A stretch of DNA of 64,000 bases from contig JAXHNJ010000001.1 of the NCBI GenBank assembly GCA_034520665.1, forward strand, positions 258,579 to 322,578, read 5' to 3'. Source of the stretch: Patescibacteria group bacterium (GTDB lineage Bacteria; Patescibacteriota; Patescibacteriia; JAXHNJ01). The translations under genes and the position numbers were made by a program. Positions 17,183 to 27,660 of the stretch are shown here, piece after piece (positions within the stretch are counted from its first letter, which is position 1; each line of letters opens with the position of its first letter). The notes beneath the pieces are model-generated. The model was not told the DNA's origin. It did no database searches and saw nothing but the letters and a program-made list of their open reading frames with translations.

Positions 17183-19918
17183 ATGCCAATATTACACAAA
17201 AAAAGAATAGGATTAGGGTTCACTATGTTAATTATAGTTTTTCTATTTATCTTACTTAGTCAGAGCTTATCTTTAATCAGTGACTGGCTTTGGTTTTCCT
17301 CGGAAGGCTTTTTCACGGTTTTTTCTACTATTATTAAAACCAAAGTCTGGTTGGGGATTGCCAGCGGGCTGATTTTCTTTAGTCTTTTGAGTTTGAATTT
17401 TTATATTGCTTATCGTTTAAGCCGGGATTCTTCTTATGTATCAAGGATTAATTTTTTTAGTAAATTTGACTTGAGTAAACTCGGTTTGCGTATTTTACTG
17501 GGCCTCTCTTTAATTATCAGTACATTTGTCGGTCTGGTAGTTTCTGCTAGCTGGCTAAGTGTTTTAAAATATTTTCAAGGGGTTAGCTTTAATATAACCG
17601 ATCCGATTTTTAGCCGTGATATTTCTTTTTATTTCTTTTCCTTGCCTTTTATTAAAATTATTTTAGGTTTTTTGTTTTGGCTGGTTATTCTTTCCTTGAT
17701 TGGCGCCGCCCTGCAATACATCAGCCGGGGCCTTTTGAATATAAGCCAAAAAAGTTTTACCGTGACTAAAAAAGCCAAGGCTCATTTAAGTTTTTTAATA
17801 TTTTTAATTTTTTCTTTGATAGCCGCTCGTATTTATTATGTTAGTATGACAGACCTTCTATATAAGTCGGCCGAGCTTTTTACGGGTGGTAGTTATACAG
17901 ATATCACGGCCAGACTGCCCTTGCTTTGGGTTTTGTTCGGTTTGTCTTTATTTTGTGGACTAGTGGTTTTGTTAAATATATTTTTCCGCTGGCGCCGGTT
18001 TACCACTACAGTTATAGTTTTATTTTTAGCGGTTGGTATTTTAGGGGGGATGATTTATCCGCCTTTGGTCCAGCGGCTGGTGGTTTTACCTAATGAAATA
18101 GCTAAGGAAGAGCCTTATATAAAAAGAAATATTGAGGCCACCCAAAAAGCTTTTGCTTTGGATCGGGTGGTGGAAAGAGATTTATCCGGCGACAGCCAAC
18201 TGACTTATGATGATATTAAAAATAATGAAATGGTAATTAAAAATATTCGCCTTTGGGAAAGAGAGCCCTTGCTTGATACTCTGGGCCAGGTTCAGGAGAT
18301 CAGAACTTATTATGACTTTGTTTCAGTGGATAATGATCGCTACACAATTGACGGTGAATATCGCCAGACTATGATTTCTCCGAGAGAGCTCAACTCAAAC
18401 AGCGTCCCTTCAGATACATTTATTAATCAGCGCTTAGCCTATACTCATGGCTATGGGGCTGCTTTAACTCCAGTCAATGAAGTAACCGAAGAAGGATTGC
18501 CCCAGTTGTTTGTAAAAGATATTCCGCCGCAATCAAGCGTTGATTCTCTAAAAATAAAAAGGCCAGAAGTTTATTTTGGTGAGTTGACCAATAGCTATGT
18601 GTTTGCTAATACTGAAGCTCAGGAATTTGACTATCCCAGCGGCGAGGAAAATGTTTATGCTGATTATCAGGGTGCCGGCGGAGTGAGAGTGGATTCATTT
18701 TGGAAAAAAGCTCTTTTTGCCGCTAATTTTCGTTCGCTAAAAATTCTTTTATCAGATGATATTAATCAGGAAAGCCGAGTGCTTTACCATCGTAATATCA
18801 AAGAAAGAGTAAAAAAAGTAGCTCCTTTTTTAATGCTTGATTCAGACCCTTATATTGTAATTGATGATGAGGGCCGCTTAAAATGGATTTATGACACTTA
18901 TACTCATTCAGATAATTATCCTTACGCTCAGATGATGAATGTTCGCCAAGAAGGAAGTAGTGATTTTCCGACTTATAATAGTTTTAATTATATTCGTAAC
19001 GCGGTGAAAGTAGTCATTGACGCCTACGACGGCTCGATGAAGTTTTATATTGCTGACGCCAAGGATCCTTTAATAAAAACCTATGAAAAAATATTTCCGC
19101 GTTTATTTAAATCCATGGATCAAATGCCCGAAGGCTTAAAAGCCCATCTGCGCTATCCTGAAGATATTTTCAAGTTTCAAACCGAGCTTTATTCCGTTTA
19201 TCATATGGAAGAGCCCCAAATATTTTATAATAAGGAAGATAAGTGGGAAATTCCGCGTCTGGGCCAAAGCAGTCCGGACGACCCGATGATGCGTCATATT
19301 ATCACTAAATTACCGGAAGAAGAAAAAGAAGAATTTATCTTAATGTTGCCCTTTACTCCCAAAAACAAAGACAATATGTCTTCCTGGATGGTCGCTCGCT
19401 CAGACGGTGATCATTATGGTGAATTGGTAGTTTACCGTTTTCCCAAGCAAAAGTTAGTTTTTGGGCCTTCGCAAATTGTTAACCGTATCAATCAGGATAC
19501 TGAGATTTCCCAGCAGATATCGCTTTGGGACCAGCGAGGATCCGAAGTGATTCAGGGTAACCTTTTAGTTATTCCCATTGAAGAGTCTATTCTTTATGTT
19601 CGTCCGCTTTATATTAGAGCGGCCGGCGGCCAGATTCCCGAGCTTAAGCAAGTGATTGTGGCTTATGAAAAAAAGATTGTCATGAACCAGAATTTATCCA
19701 CGGCTCTAAAAGAAATTTTTACCGGGGAAGCAGAGAGTGAGCCGGCTGTTTCCGAAAGTACCGCGGAAACTGAAGAAACCACTACTTCAAATGAAGAATT
19801 AATTAACCAGGCTAATCAATACTACAGGGCCGCCTTGGAAGCCCAGAAACAGGGCGACTGGACAGCTTATGGCCAGCAGATTGAAAAGCTGGGCCAGGTT
19901 TTGTCCGAATTGGAATAA
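17183..19918 (+). CDS. UPF0182 family membrane protein
   Basis: DWLWF, DPIF..DISFYFF, YTHGYG, NYIRNAVK, H.RYPED.F motifs. Confidence 0.9.
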   Translation: MPILHKKRIGLGFTMLIIVFLFILLSQSLSLISDWLWFSSEGFFTVFSTIIKTKVWLGIASGLIFFSLLSLNFYIAYRLSRDSSYVSRINFFSKFDLSKLGLRILLGLSLIISTFVGLVVSASWLSVLKYFQGVSFNITDPIFSRDISFYFFSLPFIKIILGFLFWLVILSLIGAALQYISRGLLNISQKSFTVTKKAKAHLSFLIFLIFSLIAARIYYVSMTDLLYKSAELFTGGSYTDITARLPLLWVLFGLSLFCGLVVLLNIFFRWRRFTTTVIVLFLAVGILGGMIYPPLVQRLVVLPNEIAKEEPYIKRNIEATQKAFALDRVVERDLSGDSQLTYDDIKNNEMVIKNIRLWEREPLLDTLGQVQEIRTYYDFVSVDNDRYTIDGEYRQTMISPRELNSNSVPSDTFINQRLAYTHGYGAALTPVNEVTEEGLPQLFVKDIPPQSSVDSLKIKRPEVYFGELTNSYVFANTEAQEFDYPSGEENVYADYQGAGGVRVDSFWKKALFAANFRSLKILLSDDINQESRVLYHRNIKERVKKVAPFLMLDSDPYIVIDDEGRLKWIYDTYTHSDNYPYAQMMNVRQEGSSDFPTYNSFNYIRNAVKVVIDAYDGSMKFYIADAKDPLIKTYEKIFPRLFKSMDQMPEGLKAHLRYPEDIFKFQTELYSVYHMEEPQIFYNKEDKWEIPRLGQSSPDDPMMRHIITKLPEEEKEEFILMLPFTPKNKDNMSSWMVARSDGDHYGELVVYRFPKQKLVFGPSQIVNRINQDTEISQQISLWDQRGSEVIQGNLLVIPIEESILYVRPLYIRAAGGQIPELKQVIVAYEKKIVMNQNLSTALKEIFTGEAESEPAVSESTAETEETTTSNEELINQANQYYRAALEAQKQGDWTAYGQQIEKLGQVLSELE

Positions 19919-20043
19919 CAAAATAATTTTAACTTGACTTAATTTTAAACTTGTATTAAGATATTAATACGGTGGCTTCCTCAAAAAAAGATTATTTCTT
20001 TTGAGGGAGTTTTTATTTTTGTGATAAATTAATAAATTATATT

Positions 20044-20766
20044 ATGATAAATAAGAAAAACAGACCGCCTATGTATAGTTACTGCGATTATCGTTGTGAA
20101 AAATGCTGGTATTCTTGGTATAAAAAATATTGTCCCATTTATAAAAAAGACAAAAAAAGGGTTATTAAACATAAATTAGGAGGGGAGGATCCTTATGATC
20201 TAAAAAACATTTTTAAGGATATAAAAGAAGATTTTAAAAAATCTAAAAATTTATTATACAAAAATGCTAAGAAATGGGAAATTAATTTAAATAAAAAAGA
20301 TACTGTTAAGCAAATTCCAAAACCGAATTCGAATCATTTAAAATTATATTATAAAACAAAGAAATATTTTAATTTGGTTCATAATTATTTTGAAGAATGG
20401 GAAGATAAAATTATTAAGCCAAAATTAGCAGAGGAAATCGGGAATATATCTTGTTACCATTCTTTAATAGCAGTAAAATTATTTCGGACTTTGAATAGTT
20501 TATGGGAATCTAGGTTTGAGAATGAAGGAGAAAATGAAATTAGTTTAAAAGATGCTTATTATTCCGGAGAGATTGTGTTGAGAGGGATAAATATTTCCAT
20601 TAATTCCTGGAAGGAGATTTATAAGGTAATTAAAGATGATAGAATTATTGAATTTCTAGGTAGATTAAAGGCAATTGAAAAAGAAATAAAAGATAAATTT
20701 AAAATTAAAAGGATTTTAAGTTGTGAAGAAATGTATTTATCTTTGGAAAAATATTTTAATCATTAA
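20044..20766 (+). CDS. hypothetical protein with N-terminal Cys cluster
   Basis: YCDYRCEKC..C motif; 240 aa. Confidence 0.7.
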   Translation: MINKKNRPPMYSYCDYRCEKCWYSWYKKYCPIYKKDKKRVIKHKLGGEDPYDLKNIFKDIKEDFKKSKNLLYKNAKKWEINLNKKDTVKQIPKPNSNHLKLYYKTKKYFNLVHNYFEEWEDKIIKPKLAEEIGNISCYHSLIAVKLFRTLNSLWESRFENEGENEISLKDAYYSGEIVLRGINISINSWKEIYKVIKDDRIIEFLGRLKAIEKEIKDKFKIKRILSCEEMYLSLEKYFNH

Positions 20767-20776
20767 TTTGAAACTT

Positions 20777-21013
20777 ATGAAAAAATCAAAAAAAATTGAA
20801 AAAGATAAAGCAAATCACCATGATGGATATTTTGATGATTGTTCCATTTGCCAGGCCATGAAAAAAGCAGGGATAAAAATGAGAGATATTTCTGATGATG
20901 ATTTTTATGCTACTGAAGTAAAACCTGAAAATTTAAAGGAAATTAAAAAAGCTTTTAAAAAAGCTCAAGATAAAGGGGCTATAGTAGGGGGTGAGTGGTT
21001 TGAAGAAAAATAA
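20777..21013 (+). CDS. small hypothetical protein (CxxC)
   Basis: ATG at 20777 in frame with the track ORF; DDCSICQAMK. Confidence 0.6.
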   Translation: MKKSKKIEKDKANHHDGYFDDCSICQAMKKAGIKMRDISDDDFYATEVKPENLKEIKKAFKKAQDKGAIVGGEWFEEK

Positions 21014-21317
21014 TAAAATAAAAATTAATTGGTTGACTCGACTGTCGTTAAAATTTTGGCCAATGATGTGGATGAAGAGATTGGTACGCAAAGAAGGAAT
21101 TAACTCAGAGTATTTTGAAAAAGCTCATAACCTTTTTTCAAAAGTTGAACGCATTGACTTTTTTCCTCTTTCTTCCGGTTTAAGAGGTTTTATAATTGTT
21201 ATGAATCAAAGGACAGCCCTTTACTTTTATCAGGAAGATGATCATTTTATTTATGACGGCTATGAAGTAGGCCCTTATGAAAAAGGGAAAGTCACGATTT
21301 TTGATAAAATTAAGTAG
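20991..21317 (+). CDS. hypothetical protein
   Basis: 108-aa ORF overlapping the previous stop. Confidence 0.6.
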   Translation: MSGLKKNNKIKINWLTRLSLKFWPMMWMKRLVRKEGINSEYFEKAHNLFSKVERIDFFPLSSGLRGFIIVMNQRTALYFYQEDDHFIYDGYEVGPYEKGKVTIFDKIK

Positions 21318-21421
21318 TTATATAATTCTTATTTTATATTAAAAATCTGCTTATATTTTTATTGACTTATTTTTTAATTTATTTTATGCTAATATCAGTA
21401 TTAATTCAGTAAATTAGCAAT

Positions 21422-22018
21422 ATGGCTAAATTAATGAATTGGCCTTATTTTAGTCAAAAATTAGACCAAAAAAAGATAAAAATATTCTCTCCCTTTGATT
21501 TAAAACGGTTATTTGGCGTGTCTGAAACCTCAATCAGATTTTTTTTGCATCGCTACACAAAAAAAGGCTATATAAAAAAATTAAAAAGGGGTTTGTATTG
21601 TTTGTCTAATCAACCGCCTAATGATTATTACTTAGCTAATAAACTATATGAACCTTCTTATATTTCTTTTGAGCAGGCTTTAAGCTATTATCATATAATA
21701 CCAGAAACTGTTTATACCATTACGTCAGCCACAAGTAAAGCAACAAGGGAATTTGAATGTTTAGGTAAAAGTTTTTATTATCATCGAGTAAAAAAATCAT
21801 TATTTTTTGGTTATAAACAGAAAATATTTTCTAACCAGATAATTTTAATGGCAAGAGCCGAAAAAGCTTTTGTGGACTATTTATATTTTGTTTCACTCAA
21901 AAAGAAAAAAATGCTGGATCGTTTTGACAAAAATAAAATTAATAAAGATAAAGTAATGAAGTTAGCTAGAGTTTATAAAAATAAAAAAATCAAAGAATTA
22001 ATTATTAAATATTTATGA
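21422..22018 (+). CDS. AbiEi-like antitoxin / transcriptional regulator (type IV TA)
   Basis: KLKRGLY, PSYISFEQALSYYHIIPE, EKAFVD; ATGA overlap with the next gene. Confidence 0.8.
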   Translation: MAKLMNWPYFSQKLDQKKIKIFSPFDLKRLFGVSETSIRFFLHRYTKKGYIKKLKRGLYCLSNQPPNDYYLANKLYEPSYISFEQALSYYHIIPETVYTITSATSKATREFECLGKSFYYHRVKKSLFFGYKQKIFSNQIILMARAEKAFVDYLYFVSLKKKKMLDRFDKNKINKDKVMKLARVYKNKKIKELIIKYL

Positions 22019-22743
22019 TAGATTATTCTAGTCTTCAGAATTTAGCCACCGAATACAAAACTACTAATCAAAATGCAGCTAGAGAATATTGCCAGCATAT
22101 TTTTTTGTCGAATCTTTATAAATTAAACTTAAGTGGGGTAGAGAATTTATTATTTAAAGGTGGCACAGCCTTGAAAATAGTCTATCAAAGTCCTAGATTT
22201 TCTGAAGATCTTGATTTCTCCTCATTTAGTTTGGATAAAAAAAATATTGAAGAAATATTTATTAATGTATTAGCGGAAATTGAGAAAAGCGGTTTTCAAA
22301 CAAAATTAACTGAAGCTAAAAAAACTAGCGGTGGATATTTAGGCAAGGCGTTTTTTTTATTTCTGGATTTTAATTTGGAAATAATGATTCAAGTACATTT
22401 TAAAAAGGAAGAAAAAATTAATGGTGATTTTCATCTAATTACCAGCGATTATTTACCAGCCTATAATTTATTAGTTTTACCCGAGAATATTTTGGTTAAT
22501 GAAAAAATAAAAGCAACCATTACACGCGGAAAACCCAGAGATTTTTATGACGTTTATTTTATCTTAAGAAAAAATTTATTAATTCCTGAAAATAAAGAAA
22601 ACCTTAAAAAGGTCTTGAACAGTTTAGAAAATTCCAAAATTAATTTTAAACAAGAATTAGGAATTTTTTTACCCAAGGATCAGCAGCAGATTATTGGTAA
22701 TTTTGAAAATGTTTTAAAAGCTGAAATAAAAAGACATTTGTAA
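22015..22743 (+). CDS. AbiEii-like nucleotidyltransferase toxin
   Basis: FKGGTAL, RFSEDLDF, EKIKA..RGKPRDFYD. Confidence 0.9.
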   Translation: MIDYSSLQNLATEYKTTNQNAAREYCQHIFLSNLYKLNLSGVENLLFKGGTALKIVYQSPRFSEDLDFSSFSLDKKNIEEIFINVLAEIEKSGFQTKLTEAKKTSGGYLGKAFFLFLDFNLEIMIQVHFKKEEKINGDFHLITSDYLPAYNLLVLPENILVNEKIKATITRGKPRDFYDVYFILRKNLLIPENKENLKKVLNSLENSKINFKQELGIFLPKDQQQIIGNFENVLKAEIKRHL

Positions 22744-22897
22744 ATTTTATTTTTCTAATATTTTAAAAACTAGATAATATTTAGTGGAATTAAAGCGTTT
22801 GAAGATAGGCAAGGTTTTTTTAGGAGGGGCAAAGGTTTTAGGTAAGGCTTGGAAATGACTTCTCGTCATTTTGAGGTATTTTTGTTATAATATATTT

Positions 22898-24772
22898 ATG
22901 AAAAAATACTTATTATTGTCAGTTTTAATACTTTCATTTTTAATACCAGGTGGGGCTGGCCAGGCTCAGGAAAAGTCCTGGTTTTTTAATAAATGGGATG
23001 TCGGCATTCAAGTTAATCAGGACGCCAGTATTATGGTTCAGGAGGGTTTAACTTATAATTTTACCGGTGATTTTTCCTATATAAAAAGAAGATTACCTAA
23101 AACCAAAGGCATAAAATATGATAATATCAGTGTTTTAGAAACTGATGGCAGCCGTTTATCTGAAGACAAAGTAGAGATTGAAGAAACCTCTTCGGAGGTA
23201 ATTGTTACGGTACATTTTAATTTATCAAACACTACTCACACCTGGATTTTTGAATACACAGCTTATGGCGCGATTGGTTTTTTTGAAGATTATGATGAGC
23301 TTTACTGGAATGTAGTGGCTTTTGATCGGGAAGTGGAAATTAAAAAATCTCAAGCCACAGTTTATTTACCCCAGGAAATTGATCCTGATAATATTAAACA
23401 AAAAATTTATGTTGGGCGGTCTGATTCTAAGGAGGAAACACTGGATTACACGGCTGGTAGTAGGGAAATTAATTTTTTTGCCACTGATATTGCTCCTTAT
23501 GAAAATTTTACTATAGTTTTGGGCTGGCCTAAAAATATAGTAAAATATCCCGGTTATCTTAATATTACTTCCGAGCCAGAAAGCTCTAATATTTATATAG
23601 ACGGCCAGGCCTTGGCCAATAAAACGCCAGCTAATTTATTAATTGGCTATGATATTAATGCCGGTGAAAAGGATATTGCCGTAAAAAAATTCGGTCATAC
23701 CACAGCTAGCCAAAAAGTGAATATTGAAAAAGGAAAGGATAAAAAATTAGATTTTAATTTGGAAGCTAAAGCCTGGTATTTTTATGGCAAAAAAGCCTTT
23801 TATTTTTTAATGTATTTATATTTTGCTTCACCGGTTTTTGTCGGCCTTTACCTTTATCTTAAATGGAAAAAACATGGTAAAGATCCCAAAAGCAAAGGCA
23901 CGGTCATAGCCCAGTATGAGCCGCCGGACCATACCAGGCCGGCTGAGATGGGCACTTTAATTGATGAAAAAGCGGATTTGCATGATATTACCGCTACTAT
24001 CATTGACCTGGCCTTTCAGGGCTATATTCGTATTCACGAGGAAGAGGACAAATCACTATTTGGTAAAAAAACTGATTATACTTTTGAAAAAAGAAAAGAC
24101 TTTTTTGGCGATCAGACTCTTAAAGAATATGAACGCATGATTTTATCAAATTTATTTGGCTCAAAAAAAGAAGTTAAGTTGTCTGATTTAAAAAACAAAT
24201 TTTATAAAATGCTCAAAAAAATAAAATCTTCTCTTTATAAAGATGTCACGGCTTTGGGCTATTTTGAGAGAAATCCGGAAACAGTACGGCATAAATATCT
24301 GGTGGTTGGGGTGGTTTTTGTGGCCGCCGGCTGGATTTTATTTTTAGTGCCGGCAATTTGGGGTATACTGATAATTATTTTTGGCTTGGTTATGCCTAAG
24401 AAAACTAAAAAAGGCGTCCAGGCCAAGTGGCACGCTGATGGTTTTAAAAAGTATTTACACACAGCTGAAAGATTTCGCTTGGGCCAATTAACCCCAGAGA
24501 CTTTTGAAAAATATTTATCCTACGCCATGGTCTTTAAAGTAGAAAAGCAGTGGGCCCAGCGCTTTAAAGATATCTATAATCAGCCGCCGGATTGGTATGT
24601 TGGCCGTGGTGGAATAGAAGCTTTTGCGGTCACTAGTTTTGCCGCTAACCTTTCGGACAGTTTTAATTCAGTGGTGGCCAGTAATTTATCTTCTTCACCT
24701 TCTTCATCCTCTGGTTTTTCCGGCGGTTCGGCTGGCGGCGGCGGCGGTGGCGGCGGTGCCAGTGCTGGTTAG
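22898..24772 (+). CDS. DUF2207-like membrane protein with PEGA-like insert
   Basis: Signal peptide, DELYWN, ITSEP..IYIDG (PEGA), C-terminal GGGGGGG tail. Confidence 0.8.
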   Translation: MKKYLLLSVLILSFLIPGGAGQAQEKSWFFNKWDVGIQVNQDASIMVQEGLTYNFTGDFSYIKRRLPKTKGIKYDNISVLETDGSRLSEDKVEIEETSSEVIVTVHFNLSNTTHTWIFEYTAYGAIGFFEDYDELYWNVVAFDREVEIKKSQATVYLPQEIDPDNIKQKIYVGRSDSKEETLDYTAGSREINFFATDIAPYENFTIVLGWPKNIVKYPGYLNITSEPESSNIYIDGQALANKTPANLLIGYDINAGEKDIAVKKFGHTTASQKVNIEKGKDKKLDFNLEAKAWYFYGKKAFYFLMYLYFASPVFVGLYLYLKWKKHGKDPKSKGTVIAQYEPPDHTRPAEMGTLIDEKADLHDITATIIDLAFQGYIRIHEEEDKSLFGKKTDYTFEKRKDFFGDQTLKEYERMILSNLFGSKKEVKLSDLKNKFYKMLKKIKSSLYKDVTALGYFERNPETVRHKYLVVGVVFVAAGWILFLVPAIWGILIIIFGLVMPKKTKKGVQAKWHADGFKKYLHTAERFRLGQLTPETFEKYLSYAMVFKVEKQWAQRFKDIYNQPPDWYVGRGGIEAFAVTSFAANLSDSFNSVVASNLSSSPSSSSGFSGGSAGGGGGGGGASAG

Positions 24773-24782
24773 TTTTTTACAA

Positions 24783-24960
24783 ATAAAAAAATCCCCGGCC
24801 CAAATAAACGAGGATTTACACGGTATTCTGCATATAGTAACAAATGGGGACTTTGATGTTCTTGATTTTAGGGGCCCCTAAAATATAGCAAGTGTGTACA
24901 GAATTTTGGTGTAATCTCGAATATTCGAGCCAGGTGATAGAAAAATGAACTATTTGTTAT
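24783..24960 (-). ncRNA. candidate antisense sRNA A
   Basis: TTGACA(24990-95)-17-TATTAT promoter, internal palindromes, terminator GGGGATTTTTTT; no convincing ORF. Confidence 0.35.
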
Positions 24961-25035
24961 TTAGATATAATAAAACATTGAATTTTATTTGTCAAATATA
25001 TTATAAATTTTAACTAAAATTAGCTAAAAAAAATT

Positions 25036-25128
25036 ATGGAAATGACAACTGGAAAATTTTTAATGATTGTTGTGGCTGCTCTTATTTTAGGAGTAGTTTA
25101 CTTAGGGGTTAAACAAAAGATGTTTTAA
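25036..25128 (+). CDS. 30-aa single-TM peptide MEMTTGKFLMIVVAALILGVVYLGVKQKMF
   Basis: Clean hydrophobic small ORF below the track cutoff. Confidence 0.5.
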   Translation: MEMTTGKFLMIVVAALILGVVYLGVKQKMF

Positions 25129-25145
25129 CTTGGTTATTTTTTATT

Positions 25146-25299
25146 AAAAAAAAGTCTCCTCTCAAAAGACCCCTTATAAATAGGTTAAACTTTACATTAG
25201 CCCGCGTCGATGTATGCCTTTGGCCATAAATCCAGGATGTAAAGTTTTAAAGCCCATTTTAGAGATTTTGTGAGGAGACGTAAACTTAAAGAACTTGAA
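25146..25299 (-). ncRNA. candidate rod-shaped structured ncRNA B
   Basis: TTGACA-17-TAGTAT promoter; nested stems 25154-25279; U-tract. Confidence 0.55.
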
Positions 25300-25394
25300 T
25301 TTTGAATACTATCATCGGTTTAAATTCTTGTCAAGTTTAAGTGGCACTTAATAATTTTTACTAATTAAGATTATACTAATATTAGCTTAAAAAA

Positions 25395-26093
25395 ATGTCA
25401 TTTTATTCATATTTAGCCTTTTTTGTCTGGTTTTTTATTTTAGTGGTTTTAAGTTTTCTTAATTCCTGGGTTTGGGCTAAAGTATTGCCAGGGTTGAAAT
25501 TCCGTTATTTTATAGCGCCGGGAGTGATGGTGCATGAGTTATCCCATGCCGTGATGTGCTTATTTATGTTAGCGCCGGTGAGAAAAATCAGTTTTTTCTC
25601 CCGCCAGGGCGGTTATGTCGAGCATGGACGCTCTCGTTTTGGTTTTTTAGGTAATACCTTAATTTCCATAGCCCCAATTTTTGGTATTAGCCTCGGTCTT
25701 TGGCTGATTATTTATTTATTTAATTTTTCTCTGGATATTAACTCAATCGATTTTGGCCTTGGGTTTAGTGATAATTTATGGGTACTTTTTAAAAGTGCCT
25801 GGCAGTTAATTAAAACAAACTGGTCAAGCTGGCCTTTCTGGATCTTTATTTATCTGGTTATTTCTTTAACCAGCAGCCTGGCGCCGTCCAAAAAAGATTT
25901 TCAAAACGCCTTTTGGGGCCTGGTTTTTATTTCTATTTTAGCTTATTTAGTTTTTTATCTCGGCCTTGGTAGCCATTATCTAGTGGATTTAATCGGCCAG
26001 TATTTAGGCTATGTCATTTCACTGGGAGTATTTTGGGGCTTAATTTCTTTAATCATTGGTTTGCCGGTTTATCTGATAAAAAAGGTATTATAA
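25395..26093 (+). CDS. M50-like membrane metallopeptidase
   Basis: PGVMVHELSH, GYVEH, ISIAP, APSKKD. Confidence 0.7.
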   Translation: MSFYSYLAFFVWFFILVVLSFLNSWVWAKVLPGLKFRYFIAPGVMVHELSHAVMCLFMLAPVRKISFFSRQGGYVEHGRSRFGFLGNTLISIAPIFGISLGLWLIIYLFNFSLDINSIDFGLGFSDNLWVLFKSAWQLIKTNWSSWPFWIFIYLVISLTSSLAPSKKDFQNAFWGLVFISILAYLVFYLGLGSHYLVDLIGQYLGYVISLGVFWGLISLIIGLPVYLIKKVL

Positions 26094-26129
26094 TTTAATA
26101 AATTAATTATAATATGTTATAATATAGGT

Positions 26130-27650
26130 ATGAATAAAAAAATAGCTATTATCTCTATTAGCGTTTTAATTATCTTGGTCGGCCTGATTATGGGCGGACT
26201 TTTTATTTTTCGGGGCAAAAATATACCGGTTTTAGGCCGAGTAGTGACTATTCCTTTGGTGGAAAAAGCCTCGGCTCAAGTGATGGATCAGATGATTAAT
26301 AAAATGAAGTCTATTGAATCCGGCTATCTAGCCTGGCAAATGGGGCTGAATATGAAAGCGGCTGAAGAGGACGACTCGTCGGCTGATAACGAAAATATTG
26401 GTCTTAAGCTGGGTTCAACTCCTTCAGATGTTGTATTAAATCTTAACCTTGGCTTTGACTTTCAGGGTGGGCAGGAAGTCCTAGCCCAAAAAGGACGCTT
26501 TGATTTAAAGGGCGGCTTAAACTATAATGGCATGGATTATAAGCTTGGCTTTGAAAGTATTTATCGGCCGGATAAAATTTATTTTCAGGCTACCCAGATT
26601 CCAGCCATTCCATTTTTTGATTTATCCAGTTTAGCTAATCAGTGGTATTATGAAGATTATGAGGATTTATCGGATGATGTGCCTTATGTAGATAATATTG
26701 ATGAAGTCAATCAAGTGGTTAACGATTTTAAGGATTCACTGGATAAACATAATTTTATTGAAGTTAAAAAAAGAATGGCTGATGAAAAAATTGATGATGT
26801 ACCTTGTTTTCATTATTTAGTTAATATTGACCCGGAAAAGCTAAAACTTTTTATAACCGAATCGGAAGATTTACTGAATAATCTTAACGAAAATGTAAAC
26901 TCACAGGCATTATTTGATGAAATGGATGAAACTATTAATAAATATACAGACATGATTAATCAAAAGGGGATTGAGGTTTGGATTGGCCAAAATGATATGA
27001 TGATGAGAAAAATAGCCGTTGATATAAGATATCAGGAGAAAGAAGCTTTAGCCAGTTATCAATATGCGGACATAAATATGAGTTTAACTTTGTCTAATGT
27101 TAACCAGCCAATTTCAGTTACTATACCCGAAGGAGCCAAACCCTTGGAAGAGTTAGAAAAGGCAGTTAATGACATGACTGGTATTTTTAATTCTAATACT
27201 TCATTGCCCAGTACTAGCCTTAATTTAAACTCAAACACAAATTCTTCTTATAATTTTAACTCTAATATTTCTCTTAATGAAAATTTGAATAATAATTTAA
27301 ACCAAAATACAAATACGAATATTAATATTAATACTAATTTAAATCTTAACCAGGACAGTGATAACGACGGCCTGACCGATATGGAGGAAATTATTTACGG
27401 CACTGACTCAAATGATCCGGACACTGACGGTGACGGCTATCAGGACGGAGCCGAAGTTGATTTAGGCTATGATCCCAACGGAGCCGGAAAACTGGATACA
27501 GATGCGGATGGGCTTTTGGACAATGAAGAGGAAATTTACGGTACTGATAAAAATAATAAAGACACAGATGGTGACGGCTATCTAGACGGAGAAGAGGTTT
27601 TGAATGGTTTTAACCCCAAAGGCGAGGGTAAGCTTTTAACTATTAATTAA
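26130..27650 (+). CDS. membrane-anchored surface protein with TSP3-like Ca-binding repeats
   Basis: N-terminal TM, Asn-rich linker, DSDNDGL/DTDGDGY repeats. Confidence 0.8.
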   Translation: MNKKIAIISISVLIILVGLIMGGLFIFRGKNIPVLGRVVTIPLVEKASAQVMDQMINKMKSIESGYLAWQMGLNMKAAEEDDSSADNENIGLKLGSTPSDVVLNLNLGFDFQGGQEVLAQKGRFDLKGGLNYNGMDYKLGFESIYRPDKIYFQATQIPAIPFFDLSSLANQWYYEDYEDLSDDVPYVDNIDEVNQVVNDFKDSLDKHNFIEVKKRMADEKIDDVPCFHYLVNIDPEKLKLFITESEDLLNNLNENVNSQALFDEMDETINKYTDMINQKGIEVWIGQNDMMMRKIAVDIRYQEKEALASYQYADINMSLTLSNVNQPISVTIPEGAKPLEELEKAVNDMTGIFNSNTSLPSTSLNLNSNTNSSYNFNSNISLNENLNNNLNQNTNTNININTNLNLNQDSDNDGLTDMEEIIYGTDSNDPDTDGDGYQDGAEVDLGYDPNGAGKLDTDADGLLDNEEEIYGTDKNNKDTDGDGYLDGEEVLNGFNPKGEGKLLTIN

Positions 27651-27660
27651 TAATAAGATT

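Noticed and set aside
27190-27360. DNA repeat element in the surface-protein gene
   Set aside because: Explained by an Asn-rich low-complexity linker.
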